This document shows positions 18,811-20,000 of a DNA stretch of 20,000 nucleotides, one piece after another (position 1 is the first letter of the stretch; the number at the start of each line of letters is the position of its first letter). This stretch comes from Reclinomonas americana ATCC 50394. Lineage: Eukaryota. The notes beneath the pieces are model-generated. The model searched no databases. It saw only the letters and a list, made by a program, of their open reading frames with translations, and was not told the DNA's origin. Location: contig PS015289.1 in NCBI GenBank assembly GCA_048213135.1, positions 69,807 to 89,806 of the forward strand, in the 5' to 3' direction. Made by a program: the position numbers and the translations under genes.

Positions 18811-19470
18811 GTTCTTCCGATTGCTGCCACGACCTGCACAATACTGCATCTGAGGATGAGACAGGCCTTGTTGAATACCACTGCTCCTCTGCGCTCTCCA
18901 CGATTGCAGCTGCAGAAGAGGCCGTCGCACGTGTGAAAATAATAGTGCCGTCTCCTATTCTTCTGATCGCTTCCACGACTTGCACAACACTGCATCTGAG
19001 GAGTGAGAGGCCGTCTCTCTGTTACTGCAATCAGCAAAGCCTCCTCTCTTGTCATAATCCATTCTTCCGATTGCTGCCACGACTTGCACAGCACTGCATC
19101 TGTGGCATGAGAGGTACCTAACTGAAAACCAGTGCCCTCCTCTGCGCTCCCGACAACTGCAGCTGCAGGAGAGGCCACCGCACTTGCGAAGATAATCAGC
19201 ATAGCCTCCGCTCGGTGTGCCCTGAGGAGAGGCCATCGCGCCTGTGATGAATCAGCACAACCTCCGCTCATCGTGCCCCTTCTATGCTTCCGATTGCAGC
19301 CACGACTTGCACAGCACTGCATCTGTGGAATGAGAGAGGCCTTGTTGAATACCACTGCTCCTCTAAGCTCTCCGGGGCCGTCGCGCTTGTGAAGATAATA
19401 GTGCCGTACTCCATTCTCCCGATTGCTGCCACGACCTGCTCAGCACTGCAGCTGAGGAGTGAGAGGTGCC
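18811..19470. repeat. Complex degenerate tandem repeat: five copies of an approximately 50-bp core with variable-length, mutually related linkers
   Basis: Core ttccgattgctgccacgac(c/t)tgcacagcactgcatctg(a/t)gga at 18815, 18961, 19065, 19288 and 19417 (spacings 146, 104, 223, 129). Confidence 0.88.
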
Positions 19471-20000
19471 TTACTGCACACATCTGCCCTCGTCTCGCCC
19501 TGTATACCAGTGCAAACTCGTCGTATGCCTCTTTGGCACAGTACCAGCACATCACTGCACTCAGCCGCATGCACACCAACAAGGAGGAAGAGAGAGGGGA
19601 TTGAGATTCATTTCGCACACACACACATGCACGCTTCAGAGGAGGCCAGTGATCACACCGACTCCATCCCACGCAGCAGCACCCCACTGGTGGTGATCCA
19701 GCTGCGCACGACAAGCTCAAGTAAGACAGTGAAGAGAGACACACCAGTGAGAGAGCAACATACGAACCGCGCCGGCCACTGTACGATCAATGCACAAGCA
19801 CAACAGAGAGAGCGTGTGAGGTGCAGATGAGAAGGGTGAGACAGAGTTGAGTGAGAGTAACTCTTGGCGCCAGACACGACAGAGCCGAGGCCGGGAACAA
19901 AGGAGCCAGCGACCGCCAAGCCCTACATGACAAAGAGAGTGAGTGAGGGAGTGAGTGAGTGAGAAAGTGAGTGAGTGAGTGTGAGTGAGGGAGGAGTGAG

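Noticed and set aside
18811-19470. CRISPR-like look: conserved core with variable spacers
   Set aside because: The spacers are homologous to each other and vary widely in length, the cores are degenerate, no cas genes are present, and the context is eukaryotic.

Overview
Eukaryotic (probably protist) draft sequence with spliceosomal GT-AG introns, GA/CA microsatellites and five N-gaps. Positions 1-7005 hold a head-to-tail array of at least six apparently intronless minus-strand paralogues, with a unit of about 1.36 kb. Complete copies encode a short N-cap (MSSAPPPSLPCKCLxGHT), seven 42-aa WD40 repeats of the highly repetitive HET-E/bacterial type, and a conserved 65-aa C-terminal domain that I cannot assign to a family. 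Two copies are intact, two are frameshifted and two are cut by gaps. Variation concentrates at predicted propeller top-face positions and the copies are mosaics of one another, which suggests a diversifying receptor/adaptor repertoire. Positions 7238-18572 hold two plus-strand multi-exon glycosyltransferase genes, GT31-like (about 613 aa) and GT77-like (about 678 aa). They appear to share a duplicated N-terminal module with a conserved phase-1 intron position. Several degenerate 130-160 bp tandem repeats lie in introns and intergenic DNA. All gene models were built by eye and no database search was run.
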